The notes beneath the pieces were generated by a model that did no database searches, was not told where the DNA came from, and worked only from the letters and a program-made list of their open reading frames with translations. The position numbers and the translations under genes are program-made. Positions 26,657-49,217 of a DNA stretch of 64,000 bases are shown piece by piece. Source of the stretch: Bugula neritina (taxonomy: Eukaryota; Animalia; Bryozoa); NCBI GenBank assembly GCA_964035545.1, contig OZ037769.1, positions 62,001-126,000 of the forward strand. The letters run 5' to 3'. Positions within the stretch are counted from its first letter, which is position 1. Each line of letters opens with the position of its first letter.

Positions 26657-27559
26657 AACTAAAAGAACTCAATTTCAGCATAAAAATCTACCTTTTCTTT
26701 TTAGATTTTAGCGTCTGCTAGCATCCCTACACCATGTTTGCGCGAAAACGAAAATTTGACAAGTTTTTAATAACGGTTCACATTTATTTATTTTTTTTTA
26801 TAATTTAATTTTGAAACAAGTTTTGGATTTTAAAATAAAATATTAATTTTATTTGTTTTTGTAGCTAGCTAACAAAGTTCATGTTTTTTGTTACTATTAG
26901 AGATTCCTAAAATTTATAGAAACACACAGAAATAATATTTAGAACACATCAAAAAGTTAATACCTGCAGTAGTTTATTTTAGTCAAATAAAGGGCCTGAC
27001 CCAAACAATAAGAAAATCGCTATGAGCAGCACAAATTTGTGAGCTATTGAGTGCAGTAATTTTGAGAACATTGTTGGAATTCTAAACCCACGATTTTCAA
27101 ACACGTAGGCCCCCACTTCTTGCACTCAGTGACCGCCAACTATGCGCTGCTTCGAGCGATTTCCGAAATTTCTTTGTAAAACAATGCCGAGCTGGTCGAA
27201 GAAACAGCTAGTCGGCTAACCAAGTTAAATCATTGATTAAAGAAAAATTGTGGAAATCGAGGCTCCTGTTAGGGGTTGAGTCGAATTGAGTCAACTTGTA
27301 TTGGCCTTATTGATATTAGCATTTTTGTTATAATACTATTTACTGGTAAATTGAATTTGGTTTCGCCCTTGCCTTAGGTATGAGGCTGAGTATGACTTAG
27401 TTTTATCACTGTTAGAGTGTTAGTGTTATCAGTATCACTATGATATCAAATTCAATATGAATATCATAATGATTATGATTAAGTAATAATGATATTAAAA
27501 TCAATTTAGCGTTTTAGTCAGTGCCAATTGAAAAGTTTAAAAATTAAATTTGAATATTC

Positions 27560-28040
27560 ACAAAGCCCTGTGTCGTCCTCGCCTAGAATATCATATATGC
27601 TGCTGCTGTGTGGGTCCCTAGCTCCAAGAAGGCTGTAGTAGACATCGAGCAAGTGCAAGAGCAGGCTCTGAGATTTGTGGCAGGTATTAAAGGCAGGGGT
27701 GGCTCAAATGAGGCAAGATCTAGGCTTGGATTAACCCCCCTGCAAAACAGGCGCAAAGACCTACGATTTAGTCTCTCTTAGTCCTGGCCAAAGAGGAATA
27801 TCATCCTACACTCTCAAAATTGTATGAATACCTCATGGACCAGCCCACTACATCAGTTACCACCAGGTCCTATTCAAATGGCATGCCCACCACTTTCAGG
27901 ACTAACACCTCACTATTTCATAACAGCTTCCTACCCAGAACAGTACGTGATATGAAAATAACATCAAATGCTGCTCACAGACAGGCCTCATAAGGCCCTG
28001 TACTGGCACCAAAGTCTTAAAACAGAACTGCACTTATGTG
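27560..28040 (+). mobile_element. 5'-truncated, decayed CR1/L2-clade LINE fragment (C-terminus of ORF2)
   Basis: Frameshifted translation KALCRPRLEY/YAAAVWVP...DIEQVQEQALRFV...LGLTPLQNRR...NSFLPRTVRD matches the post-RT motifs of CR1-group elements (RPHLEYA..VW.P, E.VQRRA.RF, SFFPRT.RDW). The 3' boundary is approximate. Confidence 0.75.
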
Positions 28041-28691
28041 ATAAAAGTATTAACTACATTTAATAATTCTGTTCACCAAAGGAGGCACGTCGCTTAGTGC
28101 TTACACTAATTTAGTGGTCTAACGTGATGAAAAAAGTAATTTCAAACTTTGACTTGCAGTTGCCCAAATTTTAAAAATTCAGCAACTAAAAGTAAAATAC
28201 TTAAATTTAAAGTTAAATAGTTTTACATGATACTCATACTGTAACTGTAAGAATACTGAGGATACGTCTAATATCTCTAGTTAGGACTAGACAAACTCAA
28301 ATTAATGTCAATTATGAAGTTTTCTCTTCATTATTATAGTAACGCCTATTTGATTTACCGGAATTACCTCACATTCATCTTCTGGGTTTAATTGTCATCT
28401 TTCTCAGTAATATTAAAAGGGAATTTGGCCAAACTTGTTTTTACGGTAAATTTTGTTGTAGCTTATTTCAATTATATTCAAATTAACCCCATAAATGTAC
28501 TTTTTATTTTAGTGTAATGAGGCTATCATGCCTAATCAATGGTAAGAGCAACTAGAGTATTTAAAGTGATAAAATTAATGCAGTTGCAATTGCAAACATT
28601 TGATTAGAAGCAAGTGTATGAAGGTAATGTGCTTAAAACTGCAGTACTAAGTCATAAGTTAACTTGTTTCTGTTAGAAAAGGCAGAAGAAG

Positions 28692-31600
28692 ATGTTAGAA
28701 AGGCTTTGGACTAGATGTCGTGTTATTGTCTCAAGACATCACTGTAACTCTTCCTCAAACCACCCCTTTTCAAGGCTGTCTAAACCCCCTCACCTCCTTG
28801 CCCTCAGTCATCTCAACAGAACTGCTGTTGAGGATGGTTTTGGAAAACATACTTATGGCTCCTTGCTTTTCCAAAGTTATCAACTTGCCCATCACATGAA
28901 ACAGTCACTTGGTTGGTTCATAAAACTTACACCAATACTACCTTCTCTATACTGTGGTACTACCTTCTCTATACTGTGGTACTACCTTCTCTATACTGTG
29001 GTACTACTTTCTCTATACTGTGTATACTATACTGTGTATTACTATACTGTGTATACTCCACCATATACTATGCTGTGACATATTGTCAATAGGGTGCAGC
29101 AGCCTGAAGGGGGAGCGGGTTGTATACTTAACACCAAACGACTCAAGCAATGTTGTTACTCTCTGGGCCATATGGATGACAGGAGCTATTGCCGTACCTC
29201 TATGTGCATCACATCCTCTCTCTGAAAAGCAGTACTTTGTGGATGACTCTGAGGCTAAGCTAGTTGTTGGTGAGTATGTAGAGAGAGAGGGGGAGAGAGA
29301 GAGGGGGGGGGGGAGAGAGAGAGAGGGGGTTATTGTACCATTTATATCATTTATATTAATTGTTTGAAGGGAAGTTTATTTTAAATGGAAACTGCTTTCA
29401 CTGTCACGTGTTCAGGAAACTACCATCTCTATATTAAAATAGGAACTGAAAAATATGCGGATGAAATATTGAAGTTGGCGAAAGGTAGATTAACTCCACA
29501 TTTGGTTTTGCCGAATGTAAGTATATATACATTGTGTAAATATATATACATTGTGTAAGTATATATACATTGTGTAAGAATATATACATTGTGTAAGTAT
29601 ATATACATTGTGTAAGTATATATACATTGTGTAAGTATATATACATTGTGTAAGTATATATACATTGTGTAAGTATATATACATTGTGTAAGTATATATA
29701 CATTGTGTAAGAATATATACATTGTGTAAGTATATATACATTGTGTAAGTATATGTGCAATTAGTATATATTATATAGTAGTGTGAGTGATGATGGAACG
29801 TCAGTCTGTGTGTCTGTAGGCTAAAGTTGAATCGGTGAAGAATAGCGACATGCCTTCTGCTTATCAACTCGGAGAAATAGAGAAGACAACTCCAGCTCTT
29901 ATTATATACACCAGCGGCACAACTGGCCGTCCAAAGGTACTATAATATACTCTGTATATTATATACTCTGTATACTCTGTGTACTCTGTATACTCTGTAT
30001 ACTCTGTATACTCTACTCTGTATACTCTGTGTACTCTGTGTACTCTGTATACTCTGTACACTCTGTATACTCTGTGTACTCTGTGTACTCTGTGTATTAT
30101 ATACTCTGTATACTCTGTGTACTCTGTGTACTCTGTATACTCTGTGTACTCGTATTATATACTCTCTAATTTACTATATACACTGTATCGCTGTATACTT
30201 TATGCTCTATTCTATACAGAAGGTGTATTCCAGGGTGTGGTTCTGTCACATGGCAATATCGAGGCTACGACACAAGACATGATAAAGGCATGGGAATGGA
30301 CATCAGCTGACACCTGTCTACATGTGCTCCCTCTGCACCACATACACGGTCTAGTCAACGCTCTGCATGTTCCCCTCTCAGCTGCTGCTAAGTGTGTCAT
30401 GCTGCCTCACTTTGATGCCAGAGAGGTGTAGTGTTTACATGGTTACTAGGTGTAGTGTTTCCATGGTTACTAGGTGTAGTGTTTACATGGTTGTTAGGTG
30501 TAGTGTTTCCATGGTTACTAGGTGTAGTGTTTACATGGTTGCTAGGTGTAGTGTTTACATGGTTGCTAGGTGCAGTGTTTACATGGTTGCTAGGTGTAGT
30601 GTTTACATGGTTATTAGGTGCAGTGTTTACATGGTTGCTAGGTGTAGTGTTTACATGGTTACTAGGTGTAGTGTTTACATGGTTACTAGGTGCAGTGTTT
30701 CCATGGTTACTAGGTGTAGTGTTTACATGGTTACTAGGTGCAGTGTTTCCATGGTTACTAGGTGCAGTGTTTCCATGGTTACTAGGTGTGGAACAAACTC
30801 ATGGCCCCCGACAATCAGGTATCGGTCTTTACTGCTGTACCCACAGTCTACGCTAAACTCCTGGATTATTATGAAACCAACTCAGACTCTAATCTAAACC
30901 CGGAAACCATCAGGCAGGCTTTCAAACGAGTAAGGTGAGCTTTTCATAGCTAATGAATAAGGTGTGTAGATACGTACGTATAGTATATACATGTTGTGTA
31001 TAGATATGTACGTATAGTATACATATACTGTGTGTAGATACGTACGTATAGTATACACATGTTGTGTGTAGATTACTCATGTGCGCTGGTAGTCCATTGC
31101 ATACAACAGTAGCTAAGCTGTGGGTCAAGGTCACAGGTAGTATACTCAAAGACAGATATGGTATGACTGAGTTACTCACAATCATATCCAATCCCCTGCA
31201 TGGACGTCGCAAACCAGGTTTGTGACAGTCAGTCCGTTTCTCTAGAATTACCAGAGTTGTGCTCTCTTCCGACATCCACTGGCAACACTAACATGATGCA
31301 TTAAGTTTTCACCGCACAGTGATAGTAACTAGAATCAGTAAAATCATCAAAGTGATAGTGACTAGAATCAGTAAAATCATTACAGTGATAGTGACTAGAA
31401 TCAGTAAAATCATCACAGTGACGGTAACTAGAATCAGTAAATTAATCACAGTGATTTAAATGTTGAAGATTGATGGTGAGTGGTTCGAATGCGCTGCCAC
31501 TGCCGGTCAGATCAATGTTCAACGAGCTCACTGGCCACGAGTTACTTGAGAGGTACGGTATGACTGAAATACTAATGGCCTTGACACACCCTCTTAGAGG

Positions 31601-33700
31601 AAACCGCTTACCAGGTACAGGGGTCCTTGCTACACTCCTAGTCAGTAAGGGGTACTCACTACACTCGTATCCAGTAAGGGGTCCTTACTACACTCCTGTC
31701 CAGTAAGGGGTCCTTACTACACTCCTATCCAGTAAGGGGTACTCACTACACTCCTAGTCAGTAAGGGGTACTCACTACACTCCTAGTCAGTAAGGGGTAC
31801 TCACTACACTCTTATTCAGTAAGGGGTACTTATTACACTCCTAGTCAGTAAGGGGTACTCACTACACTCCTATCCAGTAAGGGGTACTTACTACACTCCT
31901 AGCTACAGTAGCTTAGCCTTAGCTCTTACTGCTTTCATATCACCATAAAGCTACTGAATTTAACAAACTAACTGGCTAATCTTATTCAGGAGAATCGCAA
32001 GAAAAGAAAGTTATGTTGTGAGTGGAAAGGCAATTTTAAGGGTAGAGAGTGCAACTCCAAATTTATACGTCAGTGTCCATTTTGAATAATTTTCACATCA
32101 ATGCACTGGTTATTCATACATTTTACTCTACTATTTACTCTTGTTATTCGAATAAGTTAAACAGATGTTATTGTGATGTACATGCAGGCACTGTGGGGTT
32201 TCCATTCAATTCTGTGAAGACAATGATAGCTAAAGCTGATGCTACTGCGCCACATGGCTATGTGGATGTAACCAATGAGATGGCAGATGACAATTCAGGT
32301 GTATATACATTTATACAGTAGGCCTATATGCTATCTAGTATAGTGTTGGCACTGAATCGCCTAAGATTCCAAATGATAGGAAGTCTCCATCTTAGATATG
32401 GTAAAGGTATATTCATGTACATAGGTGAGAGTAGAGAGGGGGAGCTATATGTGAAGGGCCCTACTGTGTTTGAGAAATACTGGAACAAACCTGAGTCTAC
32501 CAGGGAGACCTTTACATCTGATGGCTGGTTCAAAACTGGTGACACGATGTGCATAGACAAGGATGGTTACTATAAAGTGTTGGGTAGAACTTCTGTAGAC
32601 ATTATCAAAAGTAGTGGATACAAAATATCAGCACTAGACGTTGAGAGTAAACTTCTTCAACACAACAACATTTCTGAGTGCGCCATTCTCGGAGTTCCGC
32701 ATTCAGGTAGTTATACTACTACTCACTAGTAACTAGTATATTACTCACTAGTAACTAGTATACTACTCGCTAGTAACTAGTATACTACTCACTAGTAACT
32801 AGTATACTAATCACTAGTAACTAGTATATTACTCACTAGTAACTAGTATACTACTCACTAGTAACTAGTATACTACTCACTAGTAACTAGTATACTACTC
32901 GCTAGTAACTAGTATACTACTCACTAGTAACTAGTATACTAATCACTAGTAACTAGTATATTACTCACTAGTAACTAGTATACTAATCACTAGTAACTAG
33001 TATATTACTCACTAGTAACTAGTATACTACTCGCTAGTAACTAGTATACTACTCACTAGTAACTAGTATACTAATCACTAGTAACTAGTATATTACTCAC
33101 TAGTAACTAGTATACTACTCACTAGTAACTAGTATACTACTCACTAGTAACTAGTATACTACTCGCTAGTAACTAGTATACTACTCGCTAGTAACTAGTA
33201 TACTACTCGCTAGTAACTAGTATACTACTCGCTAGTAACTAGTATACTACTCACTAGTAACTAGTATACTACTCGCTAGTAACTAGTATACTACTCGCTA
33301 GTAACTAGTATACTACTCGCTAGTAACTAGTATACTACTCGCTAGTAACTAGTATACTACTCACTAGTAACTAGTATACTACTCGCTAGTAACTAGTATA
33401 CTACTCGCTAGTAACTAGTACAATACTCGCTAGTAACTAGTATATTACTCACTAGTAACTAGTACACTATATTGTTTATTAACTTTAGTGTATGGACAAC
33501 AGATAACTGCGCTGTTGGTGTGTAAACTGGGGACGCAACTGGACATTGACTCTCTAAGGACATGGTGCCGAGACTGCATGCCTCCTTACACCATACCCAG
33601 AGAGTTCAAGATCTTAGGCAGCATACCGCGCAATGCCATGGGCAAGGTCAACAAGAAAGCTCTGATACAGCAGTACTATCCAGAAAGTTTGAATGTGTAA
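28692..33700 (+). CDS. ACSF3: Mitochondrial malonate-CoA ligase / acyl-CoA synthetase family member 3, with duplicated exon 7
   Basis: Exons 28692-28911, 29093-29269, 29443-29516, 29820-29936, 30234-30425, 30786-30934, [31072-31217 or 31469-31614], 32188-32298, 32425-32706 and 33489-33700. Motifs [60 protein letters not shown] and [11 protein letters not shown] are ACSF3-type. Confidence 0.94.
29517..29755 (+). repeat. Intronic minisatellite, 19-nt unit GTAAGTATATATACATTGT, ~12.5 copies
   Basis: The first copy is the real donor of ACSF3 intron 3. Confidence 0.95.
29945..30170 (+). repeat. Intronic 9-nt array (tactctgtr)
   Basis: ACSF3 intron 4. Confidence 0.92.
30426..30785 (+). repeat. Entire ACSF3 intron 5 = 15 x 24-nt unit GTGTAGTGTTTACATGGTTACTAG
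   Basis: 360 nt, exactly 15 units. Exon GAG|GTG... on the left and ...TAG|GTGTGG exon on the right. Confidence 0.96.
31615..31902 (+). repeat. Intronic minisatellite, 29-nt unit (gtaaggggtactcactacactcctagtca), ~10 copies
   Basis: Begins at the donor of ACSF3 exon 7b. Confidence 0.92.
32714..33466. repeat. Intronic minisatellite, 22-nt unit (tactactcrctagtaactagta), ~34 copies
   Basis: Fills the last ACSF3 intron. Confidence 0.96.
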
Positions 33701-33808
33701 CAGTTGAGGTATATTTTCTGTTATCAATATCAGATATATATGTTAATCTGAAACTATTCACTTTATTTTACTAAATATACGAATGAATATAAAACAGGAA
33801 ACAGCAGC

Positions 33809-36800
33809 TCATTGGTTAATTCCATCAACCCAGGGCTGGTTTCTCATGACGTGTGTCTTAGTGTGTTGGCTGAAAAACTCATCCTCATTCACTTTGATAA
33901 TGCTGTGTCTTTCCATGTAAAACCTGTCTTTATCCATTGTTAGGTTAAACTCAGCTTTTATCTTAGCTCTTATGTCTGGTTCTCTTGACCTTTTAGCAAA
34001 GTAATACAATAATACGATAATGCAATAGTACAGTAATACAATAATACAGTAATACAATAATACTGTAGTACAATAATGCAATAATAAAATAATACTGTAA
34101 TACAATACAGTGATACAGTACATAATACCAGTTACTATTAGACTACTAGTTACTACTAGTTACTATTAGACTACTAGTTACTACCAGTTACTATTAGACT
34201 ACTAGTTACTATTAGACTACTAGTTACTACCAGTTACTATTAGACTACTAGTTACTATTAAACTACTAGTTATTATTAGACTACTAGTTACTACTAGTTA
34301 CTATTAGACTACTAGTTACTATTAGTTACTACTAGTTACTGTTAGACTACTAGTTACTACTGTATGTTAAGTTCTGCTCACCAGCTGAGTTCATGTTTGA
34401 CATTCTGTGTGGCAGAAGCAGGGTCTGCTGGGTTCATACTCATATTCTCTTCTGTTCTCCACTCCGTGACAAGACTGTGGGCCAGAAATTCCTTTTCTCC
34501 TGAGTATGATTTGATCTGCAACTCGTGACAACCAGTCTCATTAATACTCGCACTCTCTGAATAGCTGCTAGCTTTTCTCATCACGTATTCCAGTGGTTTG
34601 CATTCGGTTATTGCTGGAATTACATCTGTGAAAGGCTCACTAGACACAAGAGTTGGCATCTCCACCTGCAATTTATTTACCTCTATTTGAAAGTTTACTG
34701 GTTCCGGGTTCGGAATAAATGTTGGGAAATAGTTTCCTGCTATGGCTAGCCTGAGCTTACTGCCAACCGATATTTTCTCACCAATATAATCAAACTTAGC
34801 TGCAACAGTTTTAAAAACCCCACTCTTCAGCCGTTCCATATGTTCCCCAGTCTCATCTAAGTTGAGATTACAGGCAGTGGAGGAGATGAGTCGCGACTGA
34901 TTGGATGAATTGACAACGCATAACCTGAGAAATATATTAGCGTAAATCTTATCACTTGAAACAGAGAGCGTAACAACAGGTCGTCCTAAGAACTCGGTCT
35001 CCTCAGTGAAGTCATCCGTGTCAAACAGAACGCTGCGCCGGTCATCTGGGCTCTGCTCCATTGGCAAACCATTCTTTCCAACGAAGAAGAATGCAGCCAA
35101 TTGGTGCCAGCATGTATCCGTGTTGAACGAGATGACTCCCTCTTCACTTCCCCCATCTCCTTCCTGCATGACTCTCAACTTTCTATTTGCACCCACCACA
35201 AACCTCTTCATGATGGAGGAGGGGTTTTGAATCCACTTCCCTTCAACGTGCTCCGGGAAAGGTACGGGCACATTTTCTTGCACGTAGGTTACCAACCTTG
35301 GTGGCTCTGGCAGTTGCAACCCTTTCAGATGTTTATCAAACCACTTGACAGCTTCTGTGCAAAACCCCCACCTGGGTTCGGGTACTGCAATGTGAGGGTA
35401 CAAATGAACCCATGGCCCAATTATCGCTCTCGTTGGACAGTTAAGCTTGTCCAAAGTTCTTTCAACGGTGTTTGTATAGCCGTCTGCATATCCACAAATC
35501 AGAAAAGTGGCTGCTTTTATTCTAGAGTAGTCTTGACAAACAGAAGCATGTTTCCAGTAAGAATCTTTGGTAGGGTGAGACATCCAAGTCTTGGCAAATG
35601 TTGGAATAGCATCTAATCGCCTCTTCCATTTCTCCCTCCAACATGGAGAAAACATCGGATCTGGAGGTAGACTCATAATGGCATCCATATAGGCTGCCCA
35701 GCTGGTGTTTCCCATAAGCATCACACCACCTATGTCATTAAACAAATAAGTAAACACTAATAAAGGAGGAAAGATGAGAAGACATAATATGACTGGACTG
35801 TTAGTTGTAGTAACTTTCCCCACCTTTGTAGTGGATATCATCTTGGAACCTGTCATCACTGAATGATATGCTTATTACAGCCTTGAGTGCTGGTGGTTGG
35901 CATGCAGCTACCTTCAAATACAACATCAACAGAGAAGACTTTAGCTCCAACATACACTCTGCTCATCACTCCTTCTCTCTAAATGTTTGCTCCTTAGAAA
36001 ATTATATTCCTACCAAGTCTAGTGTTATTACCTGCAGGGAGTTGAACCCTCCCCAAGAGATGCCCATCATTCCCACACTCCCTGAGCACCAGGGCTGCCT
36101 GCTGATCCAGTCAATCACCTGCACAGCATCTACTTGCTCTTGCTCCACATACTCGTCCTGAGGCAGTCCTGTCGAGTCGCCACACCCTCTCATGTCCACT
36201 CTCACTCCCACATAACCATTCAGAGCCAGGTGTTGGTGAGTAATCTCATCCCTGAAAGTTGTCTTATCTCTTTTCCTGTATGGAAGGAATTCCAGCACTG
36301 CAGGCACCGGTTTCTCGGCAACATCTCTAGGCATCCATAGTCGAGCCGACAACTCTACCCCATCATTCAGTGGAATGAAAATATTTTCCTCTATCTTTAT
36401 AATTTCCTTCAAATTACACACCAGATTAACTTTCTACTGTATAGTAACATACACTGCACACTATCTAGTTCTACTAGTTATTAAATACTAGAAGTAGAAT
36501 ACTAGATAATGTTTACTAGTTATACTTATTAGTGCCTTCTAGCTACTATCTAGTTCTACTAGTTATTATAGTGTCTACTAGTTAGTAGTTAGCTAGTATA
36601 CCATCTACTACTAGTACTAGTAGTAGTAGTTAGATAGCACAATATCTAATAGATTCAGATTGGTTAGTTAGAGTGCACCTGCTAGCTGAGAGATTTGCTG
36701 CTATCACTATGTAAGTACCATAAGCACTAGCTTACGATGACAATATTAATGATAGTGCAAGAAGGCATACATATCTGATACCATTTCAATGTTAGGAAGC

Positions 36801-36837
36801 TCACCTCTTTCTCGTCTGTGCTCATGGCTGTAGTCAT
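33809..36837 (-). CDS. CocE/NonD family alpha/beta hydrolase (peptidase S15 / PepX-like C-terminal domain)
   Basis: Exons 36837-36805, 36433-36032, 35910-35824, 35729-34382 and 33989-33809 join in frame. Motifs IPLNDGVELSARLWMP, EFLPYRKRD, VDMRGCGDSTG, GMMGISWGG (nucleophile elbow), DDRFQDDIHYKGG, GYADGY, IIGPWVHLYP and a beta-sandwich C-terminus. Confidence 0.88.
34002..34362. repeat. Intronic low-complexity arrays (taatacag; ttactattagactactag)
   Basis: Fill the last intron of the CocE/NonD gene. Confidence 0.85.
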
Positions 36838-38478
36838 AGATCAGAATAGCATTCAGCGAGAATTAGCATATGACTTCAAGTGGTCATCAAAAAGTCCGTC
36901 TGCTACTAAATAGTTCTCTGCTGACGTGTGCAAAGTTATAGGAATGTTACTCGCTAGCAGAGAGTGGGGATATGGGTGGCATGTGTGGCTTTCTGTCAAC
37001 GCAATCCACTACGAAGAGTATATAAATATAACTAGAAGCAGCACTATGTTAAGGGTGATGGAGTACAATGTTTTCATAAACATTGTTGTCCAAGGGTAAC
37101 CTTCTGAACTGAAAAACTCAAACCCAGTGTTGCTTTAAGTTATTTTTATTAGCCTAACGGTCTGACTACAAAGCGCAGTATGGTGGCTCGGCTTTAACTA
37201 TTCGCGAACGAATTTTATTTTCATTATCTACGTCAAATATAATTAATCTCTACTTGGAGAGAAAAAGCCTTTTACTGCCAACCAATGAACTCAAAATATC
37301 CAGTTCAATGCTGCCAACAATCACTCAAAGGGTTGTAGTTTAATGGGGTTAATAGATCACATTGCTATCATTGCACCAGGTTATAAGACAATAAATGATA
37401 TTTCTGTTTCGAATTCACTTCACACCCTACACCTTCATCTCACGAGCAATTAATCCAATAAAATGAAGCTTTCTACTCTAGCTTCTACATTTCATTGAAA
37501 AGTTTAAATCCTCTCTTGTGTTGGTTGATATTAAATAGACTTTCATGCTGCACTTGTACTACTGGTGGGCCGTGGGTGGCTGATTTCTACAGGAATTTCA
37601 TATTTATCAGCTAAAATGAGACTTTCGGTCTGTCAAACCCCAATAAATTCACACCTTTTACTGGTGTTATATCCGTGGCTAGGTGCCTTAACTAGTGCAG
37701 TGCATCTTAGGCCAAGTCCACAAAGCTGATCTTTATCAACAATATCAATATGCAATTTCTTTTCAACTATTAGCTCAATACAACCCTACTGCGTTTTGGA
37801 CATTGAATGAACATGTATTATAGTGAATTAATTTATTTTTTAAATATTTTTAAACAATTACAGAATAAGCAATTATAAATTACTTTCACAAAACTATAAT
37901 GAAGAATGAAAAGAATAATTATATTATTTGATATTACATAATTGCATTTGAACCTTATCTAACTCATCATAATGGCTGATGATGATTTAAGTTCTTCATC
38001 AAAAATACTGGCAATTCAAAAATAACTAAGACAAAAAATCTTATGCAAAAGATATTTGGATAAAAGAATGCCATAATACAGAGTTCTAATAGTTCCTTCA
38101 GACTATCCTCTGCAATATTATAACCTACATTATTTGTATAGAGATCGAGTTATAAAATAATGTCTTTCTGTCAACATATGGCAACACTATCTGAAGTTGA
38201 CAGCTGAGATTGTTACTAAACAAACAATTGCAAAACTAAGATATTAAATATTTGAAATAGATTTCACTTTTGACTAAAGCTTGCATTTAAAAATAAATGC
38301 AAGGAGATAAAAATGATGTATTTACAAGATGTAAAAAGATTGTGTGAGCTGGAGGAAAGACTAGTAATCTTTTTTCTAAAAGAGTCTGAGTCATACTGAG
38401 TGACTGACTGACTCTGAGTCATTCTCAGTGACTGATTAACTCTGAGTCATACTGAGTGACTAACAGCTAAGTGTTTCA

Positions 38479-49217
<10,739 letters not shown>

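Noticed and set aside
27014-27168. Degenerate palindrome sharing tgcactcagtgac with 7805-7900
   Set aside because: Possibly an old MITE family, but the similarity is too short and the boundaries and TSD cannot be defined by eye.
34378-35859. 493-aa ORF as a standalone intronless (bacterial contaminant) gene
   Set aside because: Its N-terminal ~43 residues are intron and off-frame sequence. The gene has four GT-AG introns and animal neighbours.
37240-37800. Higher-complexity intergenic stretch, possible decayed transposase
   Set aside because: Stops occur in the frames tried and no motif was recognised.
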